Positions 1-13,720 are shown, counted from the first letter of the stretch. The stretch is DNA of 64,000 nucleotides from Stegostoma tigrinum (GCF_030684315.1 NC_081360.1:29061818-29125817); one strand, 5' to 3'. Program-made: numbers and translations. Notes: generated from the sequence alone by a model not told the origin.

Positions 1-19
1 GGGGGGGGGGGGGGGGGAA

Positions 20-860
20 ACACACTTTCGCTATTCACCCCATCCATGCCCTGCGTGGTTTTATAGACCTCTATAAGGTCACCCCTCAGCCTGTGACACT
101 CCAGGGGGAACTAAAGCCCCAGTCTATTCAGCCTGTCACTATAGCTCAAACTTTCCAGTCCCAGCAACATCTTGTAAATCTTTTCTGCACACTTGCTCAA
201 GTTTAACAACATCCTTCCTATAGAATGGTGACCAGAATTATACACGCCCCCCCCCACGCCCGTATTCTAAAAGTGACCTTACCATTGTCCTATGCAGCCT
301 CAATGTTCTGACCAATGAAGGCAAGTGTGCCAAATGCTGCCTTCGCCACTCTGTCTACCTGTGGTGAACTTTGAAAGAACTATGCACCTGCATGCCCTAT
401 GTCTCTTTGTTCGGCAACATTCCCAGGGCCCTACCATTAATTGCTATGCCCTGCCCTGGTGTGCCTTACCAAAGTGCAACACCCTTACAGTTATCTAAAT
501 TATCTCCATGTGCTGCTGCTTGGCCCATCTGATCAAGGTCCTGTTGTCCCCTGAAATAATATTCACTGTCCATTACACCACCAATTTTGGTGTTCCCTGC
601 AAACTTTGTAACCATGTGCCCTATATTCACATCCAAATCATTTGTATAAATGACAAAAAAAAATGGACCCAGCGCCGATCCTTGTGGCACACTGCTGGTC
701 ACAGGCCTCCAGTCGGAAAAGCAACCCTCTACCATGATGCTCTGTTTCCTGCCTTCGAGCCAATTTAGTATTCAATTGGCTAGCTCCCCTGGATCCTATG
801 TGATCTGAACTTACTAACAATCTACGATGTGGAACTTCTGGGAAATTTCTTGATGACATA
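20..860 (-). mobile_element. CR1/HER1-type LINE, decayed RT fragment
   Basis: Minus-strand translation WRPVTSSVPQGSALGPFFFVIYTNDLD...KFAGNTKIGG (RT PQG and FADD-like motifs), with frameshifts. Confidence 0.85.
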
Positions 861-1021
861 CGATATAGGGAAAGTTAAGTTCACTTCACAGGTCCATCTG
901 TCCCTTTTTGGGCAGAGGAGTTTGGATACTGTGGAGAGGTGTCAGTAATTGCACAATGGAATGCCTCATATTTGACTAAAATCTACACTAGGTTGGGCTT
1001 GTAGAGTGTAGATTGCACTGA

Positions 1022-1462
1022 GTTAGCTATGGCTCAGTTGGTGATGCTCTCAACTCTGAATCACAAGGTTCCATGTTAAAGTTCCATTCCAGTGTCTGAG
1101 CAGAAAAAAAAATCTATGCTCACTCCAGGACTGTATGGAGACAATGCTGCACTGATCAGAGATGCTGTCCATCAGGTGAGACAGTAAACTGACCTCCTTT
1201 CTCTGGCTGATCTCGCAACACTTACTTTTAAAATAAGAGTAGGGAAGGTCATCTAGTGTCTTTGGCAATATTTATCTGTCAATCAATAGACAGATTAGAG
1301 TTTTCATTTTTATCATGGTGCTGTTTGTGGGAGTTTCGCTGTGTTCAAGTTGGCTGCCACATTTCCTACAACAGTGACTACACTTCCAAAGTATTACATC
1401 AGTTGTAAAGTGCTTGCAGAGACTTAATGATTTTGAAAGATACTATATAAAGCAAGACTTCC
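1022..1462 (+). mobile_element. tRNA-derived Deu-domain SINE (SacSINE1/AmnSINE1-like)
   Basis: A-box-like TGGCTCAGTTGG head; Deu-like core tgctgcactg..gatgctgtc..ggtgagacagtaaac; tail tgtaaagtgctt...gaaagatactatataaa. Confidence 0.7.
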
Positions 1463-1754
1463 TTTATTATCGTGGACTTCTGCAACTGCAGAACAAAATT
1501 TTGAAAAGGTATTTTCTGTAATGTGTTCTGCCATAAAAGTGGGATGTTGAAAATCTATCTGCCTTGATTTGAAGCCTTTTTAAACTTCATCTTGAATTTT
1601 TCAGAATTTGGTTCTATGGCTTTGGATAGTGCTAAATGGATTGTTCATTTTGGAAGAAAGTGTCTTGTGTGATTGTAGCTGGAACTAAAGTACCATAAGG
1701 TCTACTTGGACGAAATGATTACTCTAATGACCACTCTGAATTCTATTTTGTTAG

Positions 1755-1852
1755 GTTTTGTCTGATGAAGAGAAGAGGAAACAATACGACATGTATGGGG
1801 AAGAGGGCTTAAAAGAAGGTCGTCAAGGTTCCCATGATGACATATTTTCACA
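1755..1852 (+). CDS. DNAJB11: DNAJB11 (ERdj3) coding exon 3, end of J-domain
   Basis: ttag|GTTTTG...TCACA|gtaagt; translates [32 protein letters not shown](H), matching DNAJB11; 98 bp. Confidence 0.96.
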
Positions 1853-2283
1853 GTAAGTAGATGACTGATCATCTAAATTAGCAACTTTTTAGATGTATCT
1901 TAAATATATTTATCACAATTGTTTGTGACCAGTTTTACACTCTACTCTGGAATCCAGGGAAGATTACATTTATCAAAGAAATACCGAATTTATTTTCACT
2001 TGCCAGAGAAATGTGTTTTAAATTGTCTCTGGTTTTGATTGAAGGTTGAAGCACAGGGCTAATTTTAAACTAGAGGTAATTGTGTAACCATCAGAAATGA
2101 GAATAATGAGCAGTATATTTGTTCCCCCCCCACCCCTTCACTGTCTTTACCCAACAGCACAACAGCTGTTTGTGCAGCCTCCCTACTCCTAGTCGACATC
2201 AGTTAATTTAGCAAGGTTAAAGCATTGAACTTGGAAACTCCTTGGTCTTAATGGGTCAGAAATGATAACTTAGCTACAGTCTA

Positions 2284-2489
2284 AGAACCGAGAGAAGTAT
2301 GGATGCTGTACATCAGGAACAAAAACAAAGTTCCTGGAAAAGCTCAGCAGGTCTGGCAGCATCTGTGGAGGAGAAAACAGAGTTAATGTTACTCAGAAGG
2401 ATCACCAGACCCGAAACATTAACTCTTGTTTTCTCCTCCACAGATGCTGCCAGACCTGCTGAGCTTTTCCAGCAACTTTGTTTTTGTTC
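2284..2489. mobile_element. PLE-terminus-derived fold-back mini-element with 15-bp TSD
   Basis: ~76-bp inverted arms (about 2314-2390 and 2415-2491); flanking direct repeat CTTAGCTACAGTCTA at 2269-2283 and 2490-2504. Confidence 0.85.
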
Positions 2490-2494
2490 CTTAG

Positions 2495-2779
<285 letters not shown>

Positions 2780-4521
2780 TAATTACACTGTTATCTATTA
2801 ATTTGTACCTGTCTAAATATTTTGATCTCTTGTTTGCTGATTACCTCAGGACACATTGTTCTTATCCATTTATCAACATGGTCAGGTCACTCTTAGCAGC
2901 ATGTATATTCTGGTGAAAAAGGATAACAGTTAATTTCGAAAAGGAAACTTTATGAATTGTTCTCCTTAAAGTTTGAAAAACAAAGATCAGAGATCGTTGA
3001 TCTCCATTTGACTGTTAGTGTAAGGAATGGGTTATGAGTACTGACCATCTAAGATAACAATAGCAAAATAAAAGAAACATCAAGGTATTCTGTTGAGAGG
3101 ACTGCAAAATTAGCATACATTAACTCGAAGTAGTTGTGAAAATTGAGCCGCCTTTGTTTTAATGTTAGGTGTGTAGTTATGCAATTTCCGTCTTATGAAG
3201 TGCTGTTGTTTCAGAGACTTTCTGCTACAATGCTTATTTGCAGGTAAAGGGACCCAGAGTGCAGGAATATTGACCTCTGCAATTGTCCAACAAATTTTGA
3301 GGCTCTGTCAGCTTGTTTGGATGAGGTTGGGGGCTGAAGGATGGATGAGCAAAATGCCCATAGTACCGGAAGCAATTCGAGTCGAGGTGCCAAAAGGAAT
3401 ATAGTGGTCATAGAGGACAGAATAGTCATGGGAATTGACAATGGTCTCCTGAAGCAAAGGAAGTGAGTCCAGACAGCTGTACTGTCTGCCTGGTGCCAGG
3501 ATTCAAGACATCTGTTCTGGGCTAGAGAAGAACTTGCAGTGGGATGGGAACGGTTCAGTTGTCATCTCTGTGTAGGCACCAGTGACATAGGCAGAATTAG
3601 GAAGGAGGCACCAAATCAAGAAGCACAACTCAAAGGTGGTAATCTCTCATTAGGGTAAACAAGGTTAAAGGGAATGAATGCATGGCTGAAAAACTGGTGG
3701 GGCAATGTGTTCTGGTTTGTGGGGTAATGGCACCAATACTGGGCAAAATGGGATCTGTACTAGTGCCATGGTCTACACCTGAATTGTACTGGGACTGGTG
3801 GTCTTACAAATCACATAACTAGGGATGTAGAGCAGGTTTTAAACTGAATAGTGGGGTCAAGTGTCTAAACTTAGAAAGTTGTGGTGAATCAGTGGGGCAA
3901 AATGCAACAGAGGAAGGAATTAATGTGGGAAATGGCAAACAGACGACAGGAAGGGACAGAGAATGCAGATTCGAGACCTAATCAGATACAACTCAGTTAT
4001 AAAAATAAGAGGACAAAATTGAAGGCACTGTATTTTGAATGCACATAGTAATTAAAACAAAATAGATGAACTAGTAGTTCAAATTGAGATAAATAAGTAT
4101 GACCTAGTGGCCATAACTGAGATTTAGCTGCAGGGTGACCTAGATTGCGACCTGAGTATTAAGGAGTATGTTACGTTTAGAAAAGACAGGAAGCAAGGAA
4201 AGGGTGGTGGAGGGCTCTCTTAATTAAAGATAACATTTGCATGAGAGAGGGATGAGTCAAATTCGGGAAATCAGGTTACAGGAACAGTCAGGGTAGACAT
4301 GGGAATGATCAAGGCAAGAGGTTGCTTGTGGGAGTTCTTTACAGGCCCCCAAGCAGTAACCATATGGTTACCAAAAGTTATCAAGAAAGAAATAATGGGA
4401 GCTTTTCAAAAGACAAAGGGGATTTTAACCTACGTATAGACTGGGGAAAAGAAACAGATTGGGGGGTGGGGGGTGGTTGGGCAGCGAAGTAGTCTAGAAG
4501 AGGAACTTGTTGAATGTGTTA

Positions 4522-4860
4522 TAGTGATAATGGGAACTGCAGATGCTGGAGAATCCAAGATAATGAAATGTGAGGCTGGATGAACACAGCAGGCCCAGCA
4601 GCATCTTAAGAGCACAAAAGCGGACATTTCGGGCCTAGACCCTTCGTCAGAAAAAGGGCATGGGGAGAGGGTTCTGAAATAAATAGGGAGAGAGGGGAAG
4701 GTGGACCGAAGATGGATAGAGGAGAAGATACGTGGAGAGGAGAGTATAGGTGGGGAGGTAGGGAGAGGATAGGTCAGTCTGGGGTGGGGGGGGGGGGGTG
4801 CGGGATGAGGTTAGTAGGTAGGAAATGGAGGTGTGGCTTGAGGTTGGAGGAAGGGCTAGC
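4522..4860 (-). mobile_element. Penelope-like element 3' end with hammerhead motif (4623-4650)
   Basis: Reverse complement reads CTGACGAAGGGTCTAGGCCCGAAATGTC followed by the PLE terminal sequence also seen at 19495, 21138 and 55018. Confidence 0.8.
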
Positions 4861-5954
4861 TGAGACGAAGGACAAGTTAGGAAGGGCTATAATAGATCTG
4901 GTTTTGACCAGTGAGAGAGAATTAATCACTGACCTCATAGTGAAAGCAGCTCTGAGTAGCAGTGACTGTAATATGACTGAATTTTACATACAGTTTAATG
5001 GAGAAAAGTGTGGGTCCAGGACTACTATTTTGAATTTTAACAAGGGCGACAATGAGGGCTAAAAGCAGAGTTAGTGAAAGTGAACTGACAATTTAGATTA
5101 AGGGATAGGTCAATAGAGATACAGGGGCAAAACAATTATGGGGACATTCCAGACAGTGCAGAGTAGAAACATTCCAAGGGATTGACCCATCATTCCTGGT
5201 TAATTAAAGTCAAAGATATTATTGATCTCAAATAAAAGATGTTAATTGCACGAGAATAAGTAGCAGGTCAGAGGACTAGACAGAATATTAAAAAAAGCGA
5301 ATGCAAAATATTACTAAAAGGTTAAGGCAAGAAAAATTAGAGTATAAGAAAAAGTTAGCCAAAGTTATAAAACAGTTAGGAAAGTTATCAATATTTAAAG
5401 AAGTTAACAAAGTAAGTATTGGTCCTTTTAGAAAATGAATCGCTGAGGAATTAATAATACATAACAGAGCAGACAAGTTGAACCAATATTTTGCACTGGT
5501 CTTCACTCAATAAAAGTAGCATCCTGCAAATAGCATTACATCAGGATTTGGAAAGAATGAAGGAATTCCAGAAAATTACAATTAACAAGGAAGGAGTACT
5601 TAGTAAAACGTTTAAATTCCAAGTTAACAAGTTCCCAGGTCCTGATGGATTTCAACCTGGAGTGTTAAAAGAAGTAACCACTTAAATAGTTGATGCATTT
5701 GTTTTAATTCTCCAAAACTTGTTAGATCTAATGAAAGGCATGGAAGTTAGCTAACATAACTCATTTTATTTCAAAAGGGAGGGATGTAGAAACCAGGAAA
5801 GTACAGCTTAATGTCTGTCATAGAAAATGTTGGAAGCTATTATTAAAGATGTTAAAATGGAGCACTTGAATAAGTTCAAGGGTTGAGTCAGCATGGTTTT
5901 GTGATAGGGAAATTATATTTAACTAACTTATTGGACTTCTTTGAAGAAGTAACC

Positions 5955-6070
5955 TGGGGGCTTATGACACAGTGGTAGTGTTCTACTGCTAAACAGGAGG
6001 CCCAGGTTCCAAGACCCATCAGCTCCAGAGGTGTGAAATATTATCTCTGAACAGGTTGATTAGAAAATAT
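5955..6070 (+). mobile_element. Short (~115 bp) tRNA-derived SINE
   Basis: acagtggtag A-box, ggttccaagaccc B-box-like, tail ctgaacaggttgattagaaaatat; related copies at ~11900-12012, ~25078-25195 and ~63248-63352 (-). Confidence 0.65.
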
Positions 6071-6624
6071 AAAAATGAAGGCGTAACGTATGCTGTAGAT
6101 AAAGGGGTACCAGTGGATGTATTGCTTTTATAGTTCTAGAATGCATTTAATAAGGTGCCACACCAAAGATCATTGTGGAAAATAAAAGTTTGTAGTGTTG
6201 GTAGTAACTTTGGCATGGATAGAAGATCACCTTGCTAATGGGAAGCAGGGAATAGGAACAAATGGGTCTTTTTCAGACTGGTAGGATGTCACAAGTGGAA
6301 TGCCACAGGGTCGGTGCTGGAATCCCAACTTATTTATATAAATTATTTCAATGAAAGGATCGAAGGTAAGGTAGCTACATTGTCTGTTGACACAGGTAGC
6401 CATTGAGTTGTGAGGAGATTGTAAGGGGTAAGTAGGGAATACAGATGGGTTCAGCGAGTAGGCAAAGATCTAGCAAATAAAAGTACACGGTGGAAAAAGT
6501 ATGAAATTGTCCATTTTGGCAGAAAGAATAAAAAAAGCATTATCTAAATGGTGAGATTGGAGACCTGAGATGCAGAGGGTTTCTTGGTGCATGAATCCCA
6601 CAAGGTTAGTATGCAAGTACAGGA

Positions 6625-7920
6625 AATATCTCTGCCTCCTCCAGTGGTCCCCAGCATTACAGATACCAGTCTTCAACCAAGTCGAATCATGTGGAGTGAA
6701 ATCAAGAAATGGTTGGGGACACTGGATACTGCAAAGGCTATGGCCCGTAACAATATTTAAACAATAGGACTCAAGATTGGTGCTCCAGAACTTGCTGCTC
6801 GTCTAGTGTGGCATCAAGGAGCCCAGCAAAACTGGAATCAACGGGTATTGGAGGCAAACTCTCTGGTAGTTAGAGTTATACCTGACACACATAAGATGAT
6901 GATCGTGGTTGTTGGAGGTCAGTCATCTCAGTCCCAGGACATCTCTGCAGGAGTTCCTCAGGGTAGTCTCCTAAGCCTAACCATCTTTAGATGCTTCATC
7001 AATGACCTTCCCTCCATCATAAGGTCAGATGTGGGGATGTTCGCCAATGATTACACAATATTCAGCACCATTCATGATTTCTCAGATATTGAAGCAGTCC
7101 ATGTTCACATGCAACATATTATGGACAATATCCAGGCTTGGGCTGACAAATGGCAAATAACATTTGTGCCTCACAATGCCAGGCTATGACCATCAACCGT
7201 AAGAAACTAACTACCACCCCTTGGCATTCAACAGTGTTACCATCACTGACCCCAACCAACATACTGGGGGTTATTAGTGACCAGGAACTCAAACGGACTC
7301 ACCACGTAAATACAGTGGCTACAAAGAGCAGTTCAGAAGCTAGGAATACTGTGGCGGTAACTCACCCGCTGACTACCCAAAGCCTGTCCACCATCCACAA
7401 GGCACAACTCAGGTGTGTGATGGGATACTCCCCACTTGCCTGAATGAGTGCAGCCCCAACAACACTCAAGAAGGTTGACGCCAAGCAGGACAAAGCAGCT
7501 CACTTGATTGGCACTACATCCACAAGCAGCACCTCTCTCCATCACCGAAGCTTAGTATCAGCAGTGTGTACCATCTGCAAGATGCACAGTAGAAAATCAA
7601 CAAGGATCCTCAGACAGCACCTTTCAAACCCGTGACCACTTCCATCTAGAAGGAACAGGACAGCAGATATATGGAAACACCACCACCTTCAAGTTCCCCT
7701 TCAAGCCACTCACCATTCTGACTTGCAAATATATCGCCGTTCTGTCACTGTCGCTGGGTCAAAATCCTGGCATTCCCTCCCTAATGGCATTGTGGGTCAA
7801 TTCACATCAGGTGGACTGCAGCGGTTCAAGAAGGCAGCTCACCACCACCTTCTCAAGGGCAACTAGGGATGGGCAATAAATGCCAGCCAACAGCAGCGTC
7901 CACATCCCTCAAATGAATTT
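6625..7920 (+). mobile_element. Second CR1-clade LINE family, 5'-truncated RT plus 3' UTR, nested in the long CR1
   Basis: DISAGVPQGSLLSLTIFRCFINDLP...GMFANDYTIF; 3' tail ttctcaagggcaactagggatgggcaataaatgc. Confidence 0.85.
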
Positions 7921-8499
7921 TAAAAACAAAGTAATCAGGAAAGCTAATACAATGTTATATTACAAGGGGAATTGACTGCAAGATTAGGGAGGTTATACTT
8001 GGATTAAAAGTAGGATTCATCAGACTATGTACTGATTAGCATACTTGTGGAAGGATGTTAGAGTAGGAACAAGTTTCGAGAGTGTTTGTTCAACTAATAC
8101 CTGGAATGAGTGGATTGCCTTATGAGGAAAGGCTGGACAGGCTAAACCTCTATCCTCTTGGAATTTAGAGAAATCAGAGGTGACCTACTTGAAACACAAG
8201 ATCCTGAGGGGTGGGACCTGACCAGGTGGATGCTAAAAGAATGTTTCCCCTTGTTTCAGAATCTAAAACTAGGGGTTATAGTTTAGAAGTGAGGGGATGC
8301 TGATTTTAAAAAAGAGGAGGAAACTTTTTCTCCGAACGTTGAGAGTCTTTGGAATTCCCTTCTTCCAAAAGCATCGGATGAAGAATCTTTAAATATTTTC
8401 AAAGCAGAGGTAAATTCTTGATTTCCAAGGGGTGAAAGTTTTTGAGGATTTGCAGGAATGTAGAGTTGAGGTTAAAACCTGTTCAAATTTCCTTTTCCT

Positions 8500-8810
8500 T
8501 AATTCATGGGATCAGGGCGTCGCTGGCTAGGCAGCATTTATTGCCCATCCCTATAGTCCAGAGTTAACCACTCTGCTGTGGGTCTGGAGTCACATGTCAG
8601 CCAGACTAGGTAAGAATGGCAGTTTCCGTCCCTAAAGGACATTAGTGAACCAGATGGGTTTTTCCCCAACAATCGACAATGGATTCATGGTTATCATTAA
8701 ATTCTTAATTCCAAATACTTATTGAATTCAAGTTTCACTACCTGCCATGGTGGTATTTGAACCCAGGTCCCCAGAACATTATCTGGGTCTCTGGATTAAC
8801 AATCCAGTGG
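8500..8810 (-). mobile_element. tRNA-derived SINE sharing its 3' tail with the 6625-7920 LINE family
   Basis: Minus strand: B-box ggttcaaatacc near 8750-8765; tail tagggatgggcaataaatgc at 8535-8554 identical to the LINE 3' end. Confidence 0.7.
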
Positions 8811-9824
8811 CCTCCCCCTTAATGACCTTTGAATGGTGGAGCTCGATTTGAAGGGCCAACTGACCAACTCTAGTTACTTGTTCGTATGTATTAATAAATT
8901 AATCTTGCTGTTGTCTAGAGAGAATTCAAAATGTACAAACCAAAACAAAGTGGAACATTTGCCTCAATTTAAATATTGAATTGAGAATAATGGTGCTATT
9001 TCAATGTGTTCATGTCAGGGGTATTTAATCTTGAGATATTCACAGTCTCCTTTTGAGAGAGCCCGATTTGTTGTCTTCATTTAAAACTGGCATTGTTGAC
9101 GCAGCAGATGACTGATCCAGACATTGAGTAAAACCTAATAGAACTGCCAGGGCTAATTACTTTCTATTGAAAAATGACTAAAATAGGTGTTTAGGTTATT
9201 GCTACCTCTCTGAGTGATAGTTAATCTTTAATACATGATTTTTTAAAAAATCCTAAAATTCTATAGATGAATGTTTCAAGAAATATACAGCTAAAACTGT
9301 TTAAAATAAAAACAACTTATCATTTATTTATTTCTTCATTAGAATGTAGAAAAGCATGAACATAGTTTTGCCGAGGTTACTCGATGAATAAAAGTTTGCC
9401 TTTTTGTTGAAATGTTAGCTTGGTTTCTCTCTCCACCGATACTGCCGGAGCTGTTGAGTGTTTTCAGCATTTTCTGCCTCTACTTCCTAGGGAAATACTT
9501 AATTGAAAGACCAAAATGTCACCTAATATATTCTTAAAGTATTGCTGTGAGAAACTGAGTTGAGTGGAAATTATTTTGTTGCATCTGTGTACTGTTAGAT
9601 TGCAAAATTTATATCTTGACATTAATGTAACTATAATACTTCAGGTTTCAAGGTATAATTATTTGATCAACAAATTAATTTGAGCAATTAATGATTTGGA
9701 CTTGGAACAAAATTGTACACTATTATTCTACATTTTGTGTTGTGATGCTCAGCCTGATTTTTATTGTAACTTGATAGACCTTTTTTGCAATATAATTTAG
9801 AAACACACAAGGCAAAAATTGAGC

Positions 9825-11040
9825 TTTTTGAAGAAGTGACAAGGAGGGTTTATGAGGGCAGAGCGGTGGACATGATCTATATGAACTTCAGTAAGGTGTT
9901 TGACAAAATTCATCATGGTAGGCTGATTAGCAAGGCTGGGTCACACATATTACAGGGACAACTAGCTATTTGGACACAGAACTGGCTCAAAGGTAGAAGA
10001 GAGTGTGTTGGTGGAAGGTTGCTTTTCAGACTAGAGGCCTGTGACCAGTGGTGTGCCATAAGGATTGGTGCTGGGTCCACTGCTTTTCATCATTTTATAT
10101 AAATGATTTGGATGTGAACAAAGGCGGTATGTCAGTAAGTTTGCAGATGACACCAAAATTTGGGGTGTAGTTGACAGTGAAGGTTACTTCAGTACATTAG
10201 GATCTTGATCAAATGGGCTCAGGAGTGGCAGGTGGAGTTTAATTTAGATAAATGTCAGATGCTGCATTTTGGAAAGGCAAATCAGGGCACTACTTATACA
10301 CTTAATGGTAAGGGCCTGGGGAGTATTGCTGAACAAAGAGCCCTGGGATGCAGGTTTATAGTTCCTTGGAAGTTGAGCCACAGTTAGACAAGATAGTGAA
10401 GAAAGTATTTGGTATGCGGTATGTGTGCCTTTATTGGTCAGTTCATTGAGTTTAGGAGTTGGGAGGTCATTTTGCAGCTGTACAGGACACTGCTTAGGCC
10501 ACTATTGGAATACTGTCAGGTCTCCCTTGCTGTGGGAAGGATGTTGTGAAACTTGAAAGGATTCAGAAAAGATTTATAGGGATGTTTCCAGGCTTTGAGC
10601 TAGAGGGAGAGGCTGTATACACTGGGGCTATTTTCCATGGAGTGTCAGAAGCTGAGGGGTGACTTTACAGAAGTTTATAAAATCATGAGGGGCATGGATA
10701 GGGTAAATAGACAAGGTCTTTTCCCTGGGGTGGGGGAGTCCAAAATTAGAGGGCACAGGTTTAAGGGTGAGAAGGGGAAGATTTCAAAGGGACCTAAGGG
10801 GTAAGTTTATAATGCAGAGGGTGTGCATGTGTGGGGAGTGAACTGCCAGAGGAAGTGGTGGTGACTGATAAAATTACAATGTTTAAAAGGCATCTGGATG
10901 GGGATATGATTAGGAAGGGTTTAGAGCAATATAGGCAAAATGCCGCCAAATGGAATTAGATTTATTTAGGATATCTGGTCGGCATGGATGAGATGGACCG
11001 AAGGGTTTGTTTCCGTGCTGTATATCTCTAGGACTGTACA
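9825..11040 (+). mobile_element. CR1/HER1 LINE 3' portion
   Basis: EEVTRRVYEGRAVDMIYMNFSKVFDKIHH; aagtttgcagatgacacc (KFADDT); tail ggaccgaagggtttgtttccgtgctgtat. Confidence 0.88.
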
Positions 11041-11264
11041 TAATTAGGGTTGTCCCAACTGGAACATATTCTAGATATCATACCACTATTGTGAATTTAT
11101 CACTTGTCACATCACTTACGAATTTCAGCTAAAATTGAACAAATGCTTTCTTGGATATGAGGAATTATGTATTTATAGTTAGTAAATTTTTTAAAAATGT
11201 AGTTCCTAATTAATGTAAGCCTTAAAAATCTGTTTTTATCACACTTTTTCTCTGTCTTCCTCCA

Positions 11265-11822
11265 AAAGGTTTTTAAAGTCTTGAAGAACATAGATAAAAT
11301 GAATAGCAAAGGTCTTTTCCCTAAAGTTGGGGAGTTCAAAACCACGGGGCATATTTTTAAATTGAGGGAAAATATTTAAAAGACATGAGGGATAATTTTT
11401 TTTTAATAGAGGTTAGTGTGATGAATGAATTGCCAGAGGAAAAGGTGGATGCAGGTACAGTTATAATATTAAAAGACAGTGGATAAGTACGTGAATAGGA
11501 AAGGTTTGGAGAGATATGGGCCAAAGGCAGGCAGGTAGGTAGGACTAGCTTAGTTTGATGTGGACTTGCCGGTGTCTACCCCAGTCCAACAAAGTCAGAA
11601 GTCAGTCCAACAGGTTTATTTGAAATCACAAGCTTTCATAGCGCTGCTCCTTTGTCAGGCCTTCAGGACTTTAGCTGATGAAGAAGCAGTGTTTTGAAAG
11701 CTTGTGATTAAATAAGCCTGTTGGACTATTATCTGGAGTCATGCAACTTCTGATTTTAGTTTGAAAACATTGTGGACCAGTTGGACAGTAGGGTCAGTTT
11801 CCATGCTGTATGACTCAGTGAT
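11265..11822 (+). mobile_element. CR1/HER1 3' fragment interrupted by a PLE mini-element
   Basis: Homologous to 10670-11035; tail tttccatgctgtatgactc. Confidence 0.75.
11559..11755. mobile_element. Fold-back PLE mini-element (second family) with two opposed hammerhead motifs and 9-bp TSD
   Basis: Inverted arms 11604-11658 and 11675-11727; CTGATGAAGAAGCAGTGTTTTGAAAGCT (+) and CTGACAAAGGAGCAGCGCTATGAAAGCT (-); TTAGTTTGA at 11550-11558 and 11756-11764. Confidence 0.75.
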
Positions 11823-12299
11823 TCCTGGGGAAGAATTCAACTGGTACTTCATTTTAAGGGGTTATTTTGTACATGTCATATTTATAAACATTGTTTTGTA
11901 GCCCAGTCTTGTCGTACACTAGCAATGTCCCTACCTCCCTGAAGCAGGAGGCATGGGTTTAGGTCCCGACTGCTTCAGAGGACTGCTGTAACATTTCTGT
12001 TCAGAAAATATTTTAAAGACTGAAGCTTGGTACTTGTACTTGAAGGCAGTAGTTTAGCTTCTCGCTATAGTTTCCGCTAACCGCTCCTGTGCTACCCATT
12101 CCAAAAGAAAATCATAAGGGTCCTGAGGTAAATTATACTCCTGCTCTATTTTAACTATTCTGACTGAATGTAGCTACATTGCCAGATACGTGTAATGTTC
12201 CTGGTCGATCATCTAAATTTATAGTTAATTTGTCCATTGAGTCAATGAGAGAAGGAGAGAGGCTCTGTGTCTGAATGCCTGCAGGTGACGTAAATGTAA

Positions 12300-13720
12300 T
12301 AAAATATGTTGTACAGATGATGTGGGAAGAATACAGTTGGATATAGGTTGTGGACAAAAATCTAGCAGATAGAATATAGTGTGGGAAAGTGTGAAGTTCT
12401 TCATTTAAGAAGGAACCATAAAAAGCAGAATATTATTGAACTGGAGAATAGTTGTACAATTCAAGTGTAGAGAGATTTGTTTCATTGCACGACTATCAAA
12501 GAGTTGGTATGCAGGCCATGGCCCCTCTAATTTTGCTGCTGTGTGGATCTCCGTGATCCATACGTGGCAGTAACTTCTGTAACTGGAAGTCATCACATCT
12601 GTACACTGGCATGCATGGACCCTCCAAGCAGTTGCACGACTTAGAGGGAACATTGTATGCAGGTACAGAAAATGATTAGGAAGGCTCATCGGATGCTATC
12701 CTTTTACTGTGACAGGAACTGAATGTAAAAGGATGGAGGCTGTGCTTCAGTTGCATTAGAGGCAGTTCACAGGAGATTTACTAGATTGATATCTAGAATG
12801 AGTGGCTTGTCTTATGAGTAAAGATTAGATAGCCTGGACTTGTTTTTATCAGACTTCAGAAAAGTAAGGTGAGATTTGATTGAAGTTTATTAGGTCCTGA
12901 ACTGTCTTGATAAGATGGATATGGAAAAGATGTTTCCTTGTTTGGGTGAGTCCAGACCAGGGGACGTTGTTTGTTTGTTTTTAAATTAACGTTGCCCTTT
13001 TAGGACAGATGTGGGAAATGTTTCTTCTCAGGGGCTAAATGACTTTGGAGCCCTCTATTTAGGAGTTTGGGGGGCATTGAATGTTTTTAAGGCAAAGGTA
13101 GATTAGGTTCAATACCCAACAGGAATGTAAAGTTAAAAATTGTGGAGCTAGAAAAGGTCGGAAAGCATTTAAGCAGGTAAGTCAACATTTCGGGATGGAA
13201 TCCCTTCTTCAAACTGCTTATGATGGTCTGAACATTACCTGGAGTCTGTGGGGGATAAGCTGGCTGTATCGACAAGCATTGAAGAAGGAGTCATGGCTGT
13301 AGTATTGAGATTGCTTCAGAATGTAGTTAGGAGTTTCAAGACAGAGGGGTTGGAGTGGGAGAGAGACTCACTGAGCTCTCTTGAGGGAGGAGGAAATACC
13401 CTTCAAGGTGGGCATCCTTAGAGGCTTCGCAGTATGGTTTTCAGTGATTTGGAGACAGCAAGGATACTGGAAGCTAGAGCCAAAAAAAGGAGCTGGAAAA
13501 GCACAGGAGGTCAGACAGCATCTGAGGAGCAGGAAAGTCAACGTTTCAGATCAGAAGCCTTCTTTTGACTCTAGTTTCCAGAACTTTCCATCTCCAAGAC
13601 TAAAAGGTTATCAGAGGTAGATTAGAATGTGGAATTCACAACACGGCAGATCCGCCATGATCACATTGAATGTTTAAGCAGGCTTGAATGGCCTACTTTT
13701 GCTTCTAATTCGTGTTTGTA
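12300..13720 (+). mobile_element. Decayed CR1 3' half with nested insertions, including a PLE-derived segment at ~13135-13590
   Basis: CR1 RT C-terminal and 3' UTR similarity (ggcttgaatggcctacttttgcttctaattc); PLE terminal motifs at 13185-13213 and 13480-13565. Confidence 0.65.

Larger units (their letters stand above)
3350..8890 (+). mobile_element. Long decayed CR1 LINE (ORF1 remnant, endonuclease, RT, 3' tail) carrying nested insertions
   Basis: Endonuclease-like YDLVAITE (~4098), RAIIDLVLT, SSSDCN (SDH motif), FPGPDGF, RT gtggaatgccacagggtc; interrupted at ~4522-4860, ~5955-6070, ~6625-7920 and ~8500-8810. Confidence 0.8.

Noticed and set aside
1-17. Poly-G run at the window start, and G/C runs at ~4788, 20340, 20838 and 34151
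   Set aside because: Simple homopolymers, mostly inside repeats; lengths are unreliable and no function is supportable.
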